Shown here one piece after another: positions 42,791 to 56,218 of a stretch of DNA of 64,000 nucleotides. Under the pieces are notes generated by a model. The model did not search any database, was not told the origin of the DNA, and saw nothing but the letters and a program-made list of their open reading frames with translations. Source of the stretch: Octopus vulgaris (taxonomy: Eukaryota); NCBI GenBank assembly GCA_951406725.2, contig OX597819.1, forward strand, positions 91,822,001 to 91,886,000, written 5' to 3'. The stretch's first letter is position 1. Each line of letters begins with the position of its first letter. Made by a program: the position numbers and the translations under genes.

Positions 42791-43594
42791 GAAAGAGAGA
42801 GTATCATAACTTGCTCAAAAATTCAAGATAATTGAAGAAACAAATTAAATTTAATGAAGCTGAATTATATTGTATTTAGAAGAATTCATAATAAAAGAAG
42901 AAAGAGTCTTGGTTTTTGACTGTAGAGTTTGTTATAACGCAAAAGTCATGTTTGTAACTATATTTTCATAAATCGTTTTTAGTTGACTGAATTTTAGCAT
43001 TATGACATAGAAGTTAAAATGACGCTGGTGTTGCTGATAGTGGAAATTTAAAAATTTATACCTGTTTGTGAGACACCATACAGATATCTGTTCAGATCTA
43101 TTATCTATTTTTATTCGTGCGTGGAATAAATAAACAGCTTAACCATTTTTTTAGATATGTGAGGATGAAAGCAAACACGATTATATTTCATAGGCGCTAG
43201 CCAATATCAATGTATTTTGTTTATAATTTAATTTTATTGTTGAAACTTTGGGCAAAATGTAATTTTAACAAATTGATCTGTATTATAAGCATGTCTCACA
43301 GAAATACGTTGAGTCATACATTTACCTATATATATATACACATATACACGTACACATATGTATGTCCATATACGCAACACACATACACATTCACACACAC
43401 ACTTATATTCAAATACATTTATGATATACTTTTAAATATAGGAAGCTAGATATGGAACTAGTTTGTCGAAGTATATATTTATGCAAACACATACAAATAC
43501 ACTGAGGTGCATGAATAAATACATATGTATACAAATATACACGCACAAATATATATGTATATATTTGTACGTGTATATATGTATACGTATACAA

Positions 43595-43797
43595 TTAATC
43601 CAAAAAAGAAGAAAAAAACACAATAACAAAAACAACAACGCGAGGATGTGGTACATGCATGCAAAGTATCAACAGACGCTCAGAGAAGGAGAGAAATGTA
43701 GTTTTACATTTCGAGTAAAGCTCTTCTTCAGGAATAGGAGACAGAGGAAAGTCCAAGAGAAAAGGAAGACGGAAGAAGAAAATCGCTAACGATTCAC
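43595..43797 (-). mobile_element. Family H hammerhead-bearing element
   Basis: Minus strand CTGAAGA-A-GAGC-ttt-ACTC-GAAA-TG-TA at 43705-43731; homologous to 60865-61030. Confidence 0.6.
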
Positions 43798-44110
43798 ACA
43801 TATATACATAAGCATACAAACAAATTCATATATTTATATATTTTAATATTTAGTAGACGTAACTGAGTGACACAAGGTCCGAGAGTTTCGTTCATTCTTA
43901 TATATTTTTAAATGCATACATACATGCGTATAGAATACCTGTAAAAATGTACAAATACGTGACAACATCTATGTTAATATGTACTGACAAGGTTATCTAA
44001 ATTGTGTATGTATTATACTCATAACATGAAACAAACCATCTCACAGAAATCCACCTTTCACCGTTGATGATACTAGGTGGTTATGCAGGAACCCGATATA
44101 TATATACATT

Positions 44111-44324
44111 TGGTAGGTGTTGTAAAGTTCCTGGTTTTGGGTAAAATGAAATACAAGAGGATCAGTTAATTTTGTTTTTATTCAAGATATTCCGCTCTCA
44201 GATTCACACACTTACTGCAGCAGTCCTTCAGTTTTTCGAAGTCCTGTAAAAGAACTCGGAAGGTTGGGCTTCCAACCAGACCTTTCGCGATAACCTTAAA
44301 GCCAGAAGCTTTTCAGCACACTCT

Positions 44325-44326
<2 letters not shown>
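44111..44326 (-). mobile_element. Mariner MITE M1
   Basis: Homologous to 34672-34873. Confidence 0.75.
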
Positions 44327-44368
<42 letters not shown>

Positions 44369-44369
44369 A

Positions 44370-44614
44370 AATGAATGCGCCCTTTTAAAGCCTAGTCAGA
44401 CTCATGAGCCCGGTTTCTCGGTTTCAATGGCGTATGTGTTTCCAGCTGGACGGGATGCAAGTCCATCGCAGTGTTACTCATTTTTGAGTGGACTGGAGCA
44501 ACGTGAAATGAAGTGTTTTGCTCAAGAACACAACGTGTCGCCCGGTCCAGGAATCGAAACCACAATCTTACGATCATGATGCTAACATCCTAACCACTAA
44601 GCCACGCACCTCCA
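44370..44614 (-). mobile_element. SINE family B
   Basis: Reverse complement closely matches 22279-22520. Confidence 0.8.
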
Positions 44615-44644
44615 CACACACACACACACACGCCTCCCCATATG

Positions 44645-44692
<48 letters not shown>

Positions 44693-45004
44693 TTTAATTA
44701 CAGGGGATTCCTAAAGGATCAACACATATCATAGTCAAGCACGCAGCAATTATTGGGTAGACAGAATAACGCCAAACAAACAGTTAAACAATAGATTATC
44801 ATAGCATACAATGCATCGTTGAAAGGGCTTCGTAATTGTTAGGCAATCCACAACTCCAGTACCCAGTCTATCCAAAAATATCCAACAATGAATGGAACTT
44901 TAATTGTGGCGTATAAACATAATTAAAACAGACGAATGGGTTACCTGGTTTTGCTACTGCTGCTTCGTTAAGTCTTTATTGTGACGTAAGCATAGTTGAG
45001 ACAA

Positions 45005-45589
45005 GTATGCAGTATGCGCAACATCCATAAAATTAATATGTTACGCAACTCTCAACTCATCATCGAATAACATGCTTGCCACTAGCCTTGATGAACGAGG
45101 TTGCTAAGTTTAATGACATCATTGGAATAGAAACAGTTATTTAATTTGCAACATCATTCTGCTTTCCACCTTTGATGATTGACAGATAGTATCCACTTTA
45201 CATTTATAAGATGATGGTAATTCTGATAAGAAATTTTACTTGTTGATCACCTGTTGATTAATCAACATGCAACTGCTTGCTTGCTTATTTGGTTAACCTG
45301 ATGAGTTGAGATTTGCGTAACATATTGCGTAATATTATGGATGTTAAGGTGTCGAGCTGGCTGAAACGTTAGCATGCCGGGCGAAATGCTTAGCGATATT
45401 TCGTCTGTCTTTACGTTCCGTGTTCAAATTCCGTCGAGGTCGACTTTGCCTTTCATACTTTCGGGATCAATAAATAAAGATCCAGTTGCGTACTGGGGTC
45501 AATGTAATCGACTGGCTCCCTCCCCAAAAATGTCAGGCCTTATGCCTAGAGTAGAAAAGAAGATTATGGATGTTGTGAATACTGCATAC
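45005..45589. mobile_element. MITE with about 60-bp TIRs; right TIR interrupted by a SINE C (45346-45562) with a 12-bp target duplication
   Basis: Left gtatgcagtat..caacatccata..atgttacgcaa.tctcaactcatca; right is its reverse complement, split by the SINE. ATTATGGATGTT at 45334 and 45563. Confidence 0.75.
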
Positions 45590-45608
45590 CTGCCTATATC
45601 ATTCTTAT

Positions 45609-45674
<66 letters not shown>

Positions 45675-45724
45675 AAATTAGAGATAAAACCACTATTAGG
45701 CAAATCAAACAATGAAAAACATAT

Positions 45725-45793
<69 letters not shown>

Positions 45794-46461
45794 AAGATAC
45801 ACACATACATATTCTACTACTCTTAGTTAAGAACACTTTCGCTTGAGTGTCCAGACTACCGTATGATGCAGAATTACATGATTTATTCACCGTTTTTATC
45901 TCTCTGTGATATGCAAAGCCTTTCAACCAAAACCCTCTTCGGCTGAAATATACATATATTCTCATTACGTAAATTATAGATGCTATCTGTAAGTGGGAAA
46001 GTAAAAATATGCAAGACTTTTCTAAAGTTCTGAATGTGAATTTGGTTTTGTTATCTCAATTCAAATAGTGGACTCTTATATCTTTGTTAGAAAGCAACAC
46101 TTTCTTTGCAGGAAGACTTCAAAATAACTAAAACTAGAAGAAAACATACATGTACAGATACACACATGCTTACATATATGTGCGAAAGTACGCATATATT
46201 TACTGTAGCCAAGTAACAAACGGGAATTAATTGAAAAAGAACAACAAAATACTCATGAAAATAAGTATATGCACAAATGAAAATGAATAAATCCAGTTTA
46301 CTTGAAATATTTGGCGTTTATTGTAAGACAACGTGACAGAAATGATTAACAAATTCATAAATAAAATCACTTGTAAATATACGTGGGTAGACAAAAGATC
46401 ACATATTTTCCCCAACAATAAATGCATATACAATCATATTCAGAAACACACGTATCGTGTG

Positions 46462-46866
46462 AGGCGGCGAACTGCGGAAACGTTAGCACGCCGGGCGAAA
46501 TTTTTAGCAGTATTTCGTCAGTTCAAATTCCATCGAGGTCGACTTTGCCTTTCATCCTTTCGGAGTCGATTAAATAAGTACTAGTTACGCGTGGGGTCAA
46601 TATAATCGACTTAATCCGTTTGTCTGTCCTTGTTTGTCCTCTCTGTGTTCAGCCCCTTGTGGGTAGTAAAGAAATAGGTATTTCGTCTGCCGTTACGTTC
46701 TGAGTTCAAATTTCGCCGAGGTCGACTTTACCTTTCATCCTTTCGGGGTCGATAAATTAAGTACCAGTTACGCAGTGGGGTCGTTGTAATCGACTTAATT
46801 CCTTTGTCTGTCCTTGTTTGTCCCCTCTATGTTCAGCCCCTTGTGGGCAATAAAGAAATAAGAAAC
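46462..46866 (+). mobile_element. Dimeric SINE C
   Basis: Core and tail are repeated across the junction gtgggtagtaaagaaataggtatttcg. Confidence 0.8.
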
Positions 46867-47084
46867 ATACGTATTCACACAAACAAACACAGATTTCGAT
46901 ATTTGCGCCTGTACGTTTGCGTGCGTTTCATCAGCAAGTTTATTTTACTTGTTGGCTCTGGAGGAAGGAGCGACAAGCATGAATTTTGGAAGAAATTAAA
47001 TTATAGGGCAGTCTTCTCACACAATCTTCTCAAAGTGCAGAGTAACGTATGTTAAAAATAAAATACCAGACTATTTTTTTTTTA

Positions 47085-47285
47085 CCTTTTTACTTGTTTC
47101 AGTGCCCCCATGCTGGGGCACTGCCTTGAAGAACATTTTAGTTGAATGAATCGACCCTAGTGCTTATTTTTTAAAGTCTGGTACTTATTCTATTCCAACT
47201 CCTTTTGTCGAACCGCTAAGCTGCGGGGACGTAAACCAACCAACACCGGTTGTCAAGCGGTGGTGGGAGATACACAGACACAGAG

Positions 47286-47337
<52 letters not shown>

Positions 47338-47460
47338 CAAGCTCCTTTCAATTTCCGTCTTCCAAATCCTCACTTGCCCAATGTGCCACGCAGTGGGACT
47401 GAACCTGGAACCATGTGTTTGGGAAGCAAGCTTCTTCTCAAACAGCCACGCCTGCGCCTA
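47085..47460 (-). mobile_element. SINE family A
   Basis: Ends acagccacgcctgcgcct, the reverse complement of the head. Confidence 0.8.
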
Positions 47461-49084
47461 TTCAGATAGACAGATAGGTTTGCAGAAGTTTCCCATATTT
47501 TTAGTCACAACAATTCTTGAAGTAGTCACAAGACCATCGTTTGAGAGAGAATGTGGAAGTTCGATCTGATGCGCTACAGTTTCTTGTTTTATGGAGCCCA
47601 AAAGAATGAAAAGTGCAGTTTATCTTCGTCTGATTTGATCACAGAAAGCCTCCTATTCAGCATTTTCGATTCTCGTTTGTAACATCTTTTGCTATATTAC
47701 TCATTGAAACTGTAACGCAATTGTTACATATTTCTTTGATTCTGGAGAATTTAAGACAGTTTAATCCTGATTATTGTCCTGTGTGCTTACAGCAAGCATT
47801 CAGTTAACACGTAAATGACGTCTTCCCCAAACAATTTCTAATACAGGGCTCCACGTGATCTCTTATCATCCAATATCCACTCCAGAAACTGATGAATAAA
47901 GTAAACATATTTAAATAGCTCACCTTTTACTAAATTACTAAGCAATCTGGTTTATATTCAGTTACAATAAATGTTTACATAGAATATAAATAGTTATGTT
48001 TAGTATTACTAAAAAAAGAGAAAACCTAGGCGAAGCCTAATTTTGATACAAAACAAAGTTTAAAAAAAACTAACAAATATTAAACAAAGGCTTTTATCGT
48101 TGTATGGGGAAATAGTTACTGTTTATATCGCAGCCAGATTTGTATGTTAAGATATACTTATAATGATTTCTTCCTTTGGAAAATGTCCAGGCATTTGTAG
48201 GTGAAGGGTACATTCGATTGGATCAACTTCAATCCCTGCCTCAGACTTATTTTTATCGACCTTGGGAAGATGAAAGGCAAAGTCGATCTCGGTGGATTTT
48301 CAACTACGATCACTAGAGGAAGAAAACTAATTATATGTAGTGCATTTTATTCTGTGCCGTTCCATAATGTCTGCTAACTCATCAACAAAGAACAGCAAGA
48401 GCAACAATAGCAAAAACAATTGTATGAGCTACAACAATGAGAGAAGAATCAAAATAACAAGCAACAAACAAAAATAACAACGAAAAAACCCCAACAAAAG
48501 CATAACAAACACCAGTAATCGAATATAATTCTCGTGATCAAATTAAATTAATGATTGCTCATAATTTGAAAGTATTAAGATTTCGTACATTTGTTTTTTA
48601 CTATTAAGGGTAGAAAATTTAAAATTCCGTTTAAACTTTCGCTTAATCCGTTTGCACCAGTTAGTAATAGCAGCATCGACAGCAACAGTAACAGCCATAC
48701 CAACAGCTGCAACAGAATTAATGCATTTGCACATGCTACGAATTCTCTCAGCAGGTTGCGTGCAAGGGATATTTGATAGATTTCATCAGGTTTTATAGCT
48801 TAACTCTCCACACAGCTCAGCCGCTAATCAAACTTAGATTTGCCTATCAACGATGGAGATCTGCTGTCGTTTGATGCCTTAAACACACACGCATCTACGC
48901 ACACGCACACACACGAACACACACAACCACATACACTTTATATAAACACAGTACATAAATGTATGAATACTTGTTTATAGAGACTAAAGCGCATTCACAT
49001 TGTTATACAGGCGTATTTCAAAATAAGGTGATAAGTCAATCTTACGTTTTCTCTTAATCAATTAATCAATCAGTCAATCAACCA

Positions 49085-49163
<79 letters not shown>

Positions 49164-49204
49164 CATCCATCCATCCATCCATCCATCCATCCATCCATCC
49201 ATCC

Positions 49205-49279
<75 letters not shown>

Positions 49280-49316
49280 CATCCATCCATCCATCCATCC
49301 ATCCATCCGTCCGTCC

Positions 49317-49382
<66 letters not shown>

Positions 49383-49753
49383 GTCTGCTAGAAATGTTGA
49401 AAGAAACTTTTACGCGTACACAAATGCAACAAGAAGAATTAATAGACAGATACACATGTGCAAATACATACCTACAGATAGGTTTGGCCCATGTCACAAC
49501 CGCTTCACAAACGGCGTTGGTTTCTTTACATCCCGTAGACCCAATAGGATAAGTACCAAACTTGAAGAAAGAAGTATTGGAGGGTGATGGGGCCGATTCG
49601 TTCGACTAAAATCTTCGTGGCCGGTACCCCAGCATAGCCGTAGTCGAAGGACTGAAACAAATACAAGATAAAGGAAAAAGATAAAGATAGTCTAAATTCC
49701 AAAGTGATTTCTAAATTACATTGCGTTCACACAAACGCACGCGCACACACACG

Positions 49754-49802
<49 letters not shown>

Positions 49803-49844
49803 ACACATGTAAATACAATACATCTTCGTTATTTGTTCTTGTGT

Positions 49845-50628
49845 CTTTTATCTCTTGCTTGTTTCAGTCATTTGACTGCGGCAATGCTGGAGCAACAAAC
49901 TGAAGGATTTTTAGTCGAACAAATCGACCTTAAGACTAATTTCTCTAAAATCAAGTACTTATTCTAAAGGTCACTTTTGCCGAACCGCTAGATTATATGG
50001 GACGTAAACATACTAACACCGGTTGTCAAGCGTTGGTGGGGGTGACAAATACATACACAAGGACACGGACACACACACACACATGCACATATATACATAT
50101 ACAACGGGTTTCTCTCAGTTTCTGTCTACCAAATCCATTCACAAGGCTTTGTTCGGTTCGAGGCTATAGAAGGTGCTACGCTGTGTGGAGTGAACGAACA
50201 ACTATTTATATGAACATAGCTGGAGTGGCTGTGTGGTAAGTAGCTTGCTAACCAACTACATGGTTCCGGGTTCAGTCCCACTGCGTGGCATCTTGGGCAA
50301 GTGTCTTCTGCTATAGCCCCGGGCCGACCAATGCCTTGTGAGTGGATTTGGTAGATGGAAACTGAAAGAAGCCTGTCGTATATATGTATATATATATGTG
50401 TGTGTGTGTGGGTGGGTTTGTGTGTCTGTGTTTGTCCCCCTAGCATTGGAATGACAACCGATGCTGGTGTGTTTATGTCCCCGTCACCTAGCGGTTCGGC
50501 AAAAGAGACCGATAGAATAAGTATGGGCTTACAAAGAATAAGTCCCGGGGTCGATTTGCTCGACTAAAGGCGGTGCTCCAGCATGGCCGCAGTCAAATGA
50601 CTGAAACAAGTAAAAGAGTAAAAGAGTA
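49845..50628. mobile_element. Head-to-head SINE A pair (- 49845-50185; + 50222-50628)
   Basis: Family A motifs in opposite orientations about 40 bp apart. Confidence 0.8.
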
Positions 50629-50862
50629 TAGCTAAGTACTAGAACATATATTTACTCACAAGCGTGTCTGAGCACAGATGTAAATGGAAAATATAATTAC
50701 ATACAGATGTCGAGAAATATATATTGAATGAGCTTAGTTATACATACACAACCATCCGGATGTAGATAAGGTTTAACATAATTTCGTTCGAGTTTATATG
50801 TACTATATTCATAGGTATATATGTGTCAACGCAAATCTACGAACGAAAACGCATGTATATAT

Positions 50863-50920
<58 letters not shown>

Positions 50921-51256
50921 ATGTATAAAATTAATAGAATGAGATAAAATCCAAGGCTGTGAAAGATTTCATAACATTAATAACACACACACACACACGT
51001 ACCATATATATGTAGACACAAAAACACAAATACTCATACGTATGTAAATAGTCTAACAAAGAGTTAAACAAAACCACAAGAAGTAAAGTAGAAGATAAGC
51101 AACTTGTAACGTATCACCACTGCATGCTCTGCGGGCATACACAAACACATGCATACGAACATAAGCTATCGTATCTGCACTAAAATATAGATATCAGGAA
51201 ACAAATATACAAGAATATAACAATACTGATTTCTTTATTGTCCACAATGGGCTTTT

Positions 51257-51379
51257 TTGGAGCAACGTGAAATGAAGTGTTTTGCTCAAGAACACAACGC
51301 GTCGCCCGGTCCTGGAATCGAAACCACAATCTTACGATCATGATTCTGATACCCTAACCACTAAACCACGCGCCTCCAC
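51257..51379 (-). mobile_element. SINE B 5' half
   Basis: Near-identical to 44495-44614. Confidence 0.75.
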
Positions 51380-51899
51380 AACACTTACATACACTTATAT
51401 AAGTATATAAAAATGGTGAATTGGCAGAATCGTTAGCGCGCCGGAAAAAATGCTTAGTGATATTCTATTTGGTTCCTCCCGTTTTGAGTTTCAATCGCGT
51501 CGAAGTCAACTTTACCTTGTAGGATCGCTAAAGTAAAGTACGAATCGAACTCCTGGGACGATGTAATAGAACAGACTTGCTCTTCCCACTCCTCCTCAAA
51601 AGTTGCGAGCCTGCTACGGACCAGCATCCTGTCCAGGACGGTTGCTGTGGGTTTTAGACGCCATGGAAAACGTGTAAACCGGCTCAATACGCTCTCGAGA
51701 AAAAAATAATACAAGTGCATGAGATTAATGGTTTCTAGTGGTGACATAACACTAACGGTTGTTAGAGAAGGGCCATTAATCGATGCTATAAAGCCCAATA
51801 TTTGACGAGCAATTTGTTTTACCCATGCTGAAAATCTGAAAAGCAAAGTTGTCTTTAGTGAGATTTGCAACCAGAACGTGAAGAACTGGAGGAAATATC

Positions 51900-52300
51900 A
51901 TTTACTGCTCTAGGCACAAGGCCCGAAATTTTGGTGGAAGAGGTCAGTAGATTAGATCGACCCCAGTACGTAACTGGAACTTAATTTATCGACCCCGAAA
52001 GGATGAAAGGCAAAGTCGACCTCGGCGGAATTTGAACTGAGAACGTAGCGGCAGACGAAATATCGCTAAGCATTTCGCCCGCCGTGCTAACGTTTCTTAT
52101 TTCTTTATTGCCCACAGGGGGTTAAACATAGAGGGGACAAACAAGGATAGACAAAGGGATTAAGTCGATTACATCGACTCCAGTGCGTAACTGGTACTTA
52201 ATTTATCGGCCCCCAAAGATGAAAGGCAAATTGGACCTCGGTGGAATTTGAACTCAGAACGTAACGGCAGACGAAATACCTATTTCTTTACTACCCACAA
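51900..52300 (-). mobile_element. Tandem SINE C copies including the dimer junction
   Basis: Two Meta-like cores; gacgaaatacctatttctttactacccacaa junction at about 52270-52300. Confidence 0.8.
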
Positions 52301-52969
52301 TTACTCCCCCTATTACTAACCCCATACCACGACTCAGTTTTTTCCTGTGGGGGTTTCTGAAAAATTTGTCACTTCCAAATAGGCTTTCAGGGTTATCGCA
52401 TATGATGTGATAAGAAGAGAGAGAATGACAGGAGAAGGAGGGGTCTAGAAGGAGAGTGAAGGGAAAGGAAACATTTCCATTGTCTCCTTGAGTGGCAGCC
52501 GACGTCGACAATACACAATACATGCAAGCCATAGACAGGGGCAGGGCAAGGGTTGCAAGCATACCCACTAAAATTTTTGCTGGTGAGGCCAATAAAAACA
52601 CTGTGAATATCCTGGGTTGAAACTGGATTCGCATCCCCTAAGCAAATTTTATTCCCACACGTATGACACGACCAGTGTCATCAAATTGTACATATCGCGG
52701 ATTAGGTAATAAGTTCCAGGTAAATGGGGGTATGCTATCCAGTTTCGATCTCCAGGTGTAGCTTACATATAACAGTTGCTTAAGGCGTGAGTGAACGTTA
52801 TAATTGCTGTTTCATCATATGAATGAAAACAAATGGAACCTAAAGACTGATAATAAAAAGAAATGACATAAAATACATTTAAATTGTGTTTAAATTATAT
52901 GAGAAGCATGACAAGAAAATTGTAATTGTGTTATGACATCATTACATTGTAATTTCCTCATTCATTTAG

Positions 52970-53121
52970 GTACGGAAGAAGAGCAAGGCACACAATCATC
53001 TGAGAGAGGCTGATACACTTCTGAAAGTAAATGGAGTACAAGTTCGCGGTAAAAGCCATGAGTCGGTTATGGACACGTTGGAATCCATTGTTGGTCAACC
53101 ACTGGTTTTGGAGATTTACAG
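52970..53121 (+). CDS. Internal coding exon, C-terminal half of a PDZ domain (synaptopodin-2/Zasp-type PDZ protein)
   Basis: Acceptor ttcctcattcatttag|, donor ag|gtgaga. Phase 0 in, phase 2 out. Translates VRKKSKAHNHLREADTLLKVNGVQVRGKSHESVMDTLESIVGQPLVLEIYR, which fits PDZ motifs (S-K-A, L-x-x-x-D-x-L-L-x-V-N-G, S-H-x-x-V, L-x-L-x-I-x-R). Not in the ORF track. Confidence 0.88.
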
Positions 53122-53267
53122 GTGAGACAATCATTGCATTTTTCTTTCCACTTTATTGCAGAGTATTTGCTTCTCTGCTATTTCCGACATATATATCAGT
53201 AGCATTTCATTGTTAAAGATCAACATTTCTCAGCTCATTTCACTTTTAACTTAAACAAATTGATGCA

Positions 53268-53394
53268 TGTGTGGTGCGTGGTAAGGAGTTTGTTTTCCAA
53301 CCTCATAGTTCCAGTTTCAGTCCCACAGCGTGGCACTTTCGGCAAGTGTCTTCTATAATGCCCCAGGCCAACTAAAACCTTGCGTATGGATATG

Positions 53395-53433
<39 letters not shown>

Positions 53434-53632
53434 GTCTCCCACCACCGCTTGACAACTGGTGTTGATGTGTTTACGTCGCCATAAATTAGCAGTCCGGCAA
53501 AAGAGACCGACAGAATAAGTACCAGGCTTAAAAGAAATAAGTACTGGGATCTTTTAATTTGGCTAGAATTCTGCTGGTGTCCCTGCACGGCCGCTGTCTA
53601 ATAACAGAAGCAATTACAAGATAAAAACTAAA
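53268..53632 (+). mobile_element. SINE family A
   Basis: Head, (TG)n and tail as in the other copies. Confidence 0.75.
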
Positions 53633-54414
53633 AGATGTTCTTTCTCTTTTGTTATCCATTCCGTTTTGCTACCTTAACACCACCTCCATCACTTTCCTAG
53701 ATGTATATATTTGTCAAATTCTTTGTTCTGTGAGAATAGCATATTCAGTGTTCTAAGTTAGAGCTGAAAGCTATAAATCCTGCTTCCTCTTTCACAGCCT
53801 AATCGGGATAATTTATCTTACCTCGATTTTCAGATAAATAACCCAGGTTGAAATTGCTAACAACCTGCCTTTCCCACAGATCAATCTAATTATGCTTGTT
53901 TCAATGTCCATGCTCACCATTAACTTTAGAGTCCCGTTTTTGTGAAAAAGTCCCCGCTCATCCTGTGCATCAAGGATGAGCTTGGGAAAGCAGGGAACTT
54001 GCAGAGGAAGCAGCAAAGAAACCAGCTAGAGGAAACGGGAAATCACTACTGTATCTTCAGACTTTGGCATGGAGGTCTATGACCGTTGACACCTGTAGGG
54101 GCATGGCCCATAATGAGAGCTTTCTGGAAAGAGTTGTATGTTCACGGCTGGAGTGCCTTTAATTAGAGTTCTACTTTATCAGGACTGATCACGGATTAAA
54201 CAAAAACAACCCCAAATATAAGCAAGGATGAAATACAGCTACGTTCGACCCGCTAGTTACGTCGGCCAAATCTCCCTCAAATCGTGCCCTATTCTCATAG
54301 GAAGGACATAATGCAATCCTAAATATACTATGTCTGACAATAAGGTGAGATGGCCATAATTGGAATGCTGACTATCATGGAGCAGCCTGGTCACAATAAA
54401 CCTAGGGCTAAATA

Positions 54415-54640
54415 ATTGTTTTAAATTTTGGCGCAGAACCAGCAGTATTTGGGGGAGGATGTTAGTCGATTACAACGTCTAATGCTCAACTGGTATTTAT
54501 TTTATCGACCCCTAAGGATGTAAAATCAAAGAGCAAAGTTGACCTTGGCGCAATTTGAAATCGGAACGTAAAGAACCAGAATAAATGCTGATAAATATTT
54601 TGTCCGACGCGCTAACGATTCTGCCAGCTCTCCGCCTTAA
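54415..54640 (-). mobile_element. SINE family C
   Basis: Ends ctgccagctctccgcctt, the reverse complement of the head. Confidence 0.7.
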
Positions 54641-54944
54641 CCTAAGATTAAATAGTAACACTATTCAACAAGCCTCAACTAAGTAGAACACTAATAAAAA
54701 AAAAAACAACTTCACTCTGCCTAAAATCAAATCCAATAGTATCTGTGAAAAGAACACACTAGATATTATGTGCTCCTATATACTCTGTTGTTGAATAGAA
54801 GGCGGGATGGTCGAGTCTAGAAAGCCTTTGATCATAGAGCCGCTTGAGTAGAGCTGATCTAGAGCTAAACAATTCCAACAACAACAAGTTCAACAACTAC
54901 AGCCATTACCAAAGATCTCAGCCAGTAATATTGTAACAAACCAA

Positions 54945-55076
54945 CCAATCACTAGCCAATCACCAGCCAATCACCAAGTAGCTCGTTGTAATACATTTAC
55001 ATTACACACGCCTGATGTAACACGTGTGAGATATTCCTTGCCTTGATTTGATTATCACTTTAGTTTCCATAGCAAC
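54945..55076 (+). promoter_or_regulatory. Intronic motif cluster: three CCAAT boxes, TGATGTAA, E-box, RFX X-box
   Basis: CCAATCAC at 54945, 54956 and 54967 (11-bp period); TGATGTAA 55013-55020; CACGTG 55021-55026; GTTTCCATAGCAAC 55063-55076. Function is inferred only. Confidence 0.4.
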
Positions 55077-55404
55077 TTCATGGTGGCTCCTATACAGCTA
55101 TTGATTACATTATCTGAAGTGGTGTTTCCCATTTAGTGTGAATTGCGCAAGTCAACATGTGCATGCATACGTGCATACATACATATTTATATACAAGCAT
55201 ACACACATATATGCAATCACACGCACGAGCATGCACACACATGCACATACATGTGAGTGTGTGTACACAGGCGTGCTCGTGAGTATGTATGCTCATCTGT
55301 GTATGTGTGTGCGCTTTTTCGTAATGTCGACCAAAAAGCGCCTCCCACCGAAAAAAAAGGAAAAAGTATGACAAAACCACCCACCTCTTCCAACACGCTG
55401 CTCT

Positions 55405-55451
<47 letters not shown>

Positions 55452-55783
55452 AGTGTGTGTGTATGTCTCATTGTGCTTGTATCTGCCCCCACAACCGCAG
55501 TCGTACAGCTCCCATACCCACACCCTTACACACATATATAGCAAGTGGTGTACTGGTTAGGCTGTCGTATACATGATCGTAATATCGGGGTTTCGATTCC
55601 CGTACCGGGAGGTGCGTGGTGCTCTTGAAAAACACTGTGCACCTGTAGAGGTGATATGTTAATAATCACTACACGTCACTGTAAAACATATCACCTACGC
55701 AGGTTGTTGATATGGAAACCTAGCAATCTTCAATTGAAATGAATCTTGAATTTTTTAACGTATTCATTCCAGTATCACTTATA

Positions 55784-56170
55784 CGACGGGGTGCTGAAAA
55801 GTTCCTGGCTTTTAGGGTATCGCGAAAGACCTGGTTGGCGGCCCAAAATTCTGAGATCTTTTACAGGACTTAGAAAAGCTGAAGGACCACTGCAGTGTGT
55901 TAATCTGAGAGGGGAATATGTTGAATAAAATCATAATAAACTGATCCTCCTATATTTTCATATACCCAAAGCCAGGAACTTTTCAACACCACCTCCTCTG
56001 TGTGTGTGTGTGTAGGCGCAGGAGTTGCAGTGTGATAAGAAGCTTGCTTCCCAACCATATGGTTCCGTGTTCAGTCCCACTGAGTGGCACTCTGGCAAGT
56101 GTCTTTTACTATAGCTTCGACCAAAGCCTTGTGAGTGTATTTGGTAGACAGAAGCTGAAAGAAGCCCGTC

Positions 56171-56218
<48 letters not shown>

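Noticed and set aside
52300-52370. Tc1-like FFLWGFLK transposase motif
   Set aside because: Too short, with no identifiable termini to define an element.
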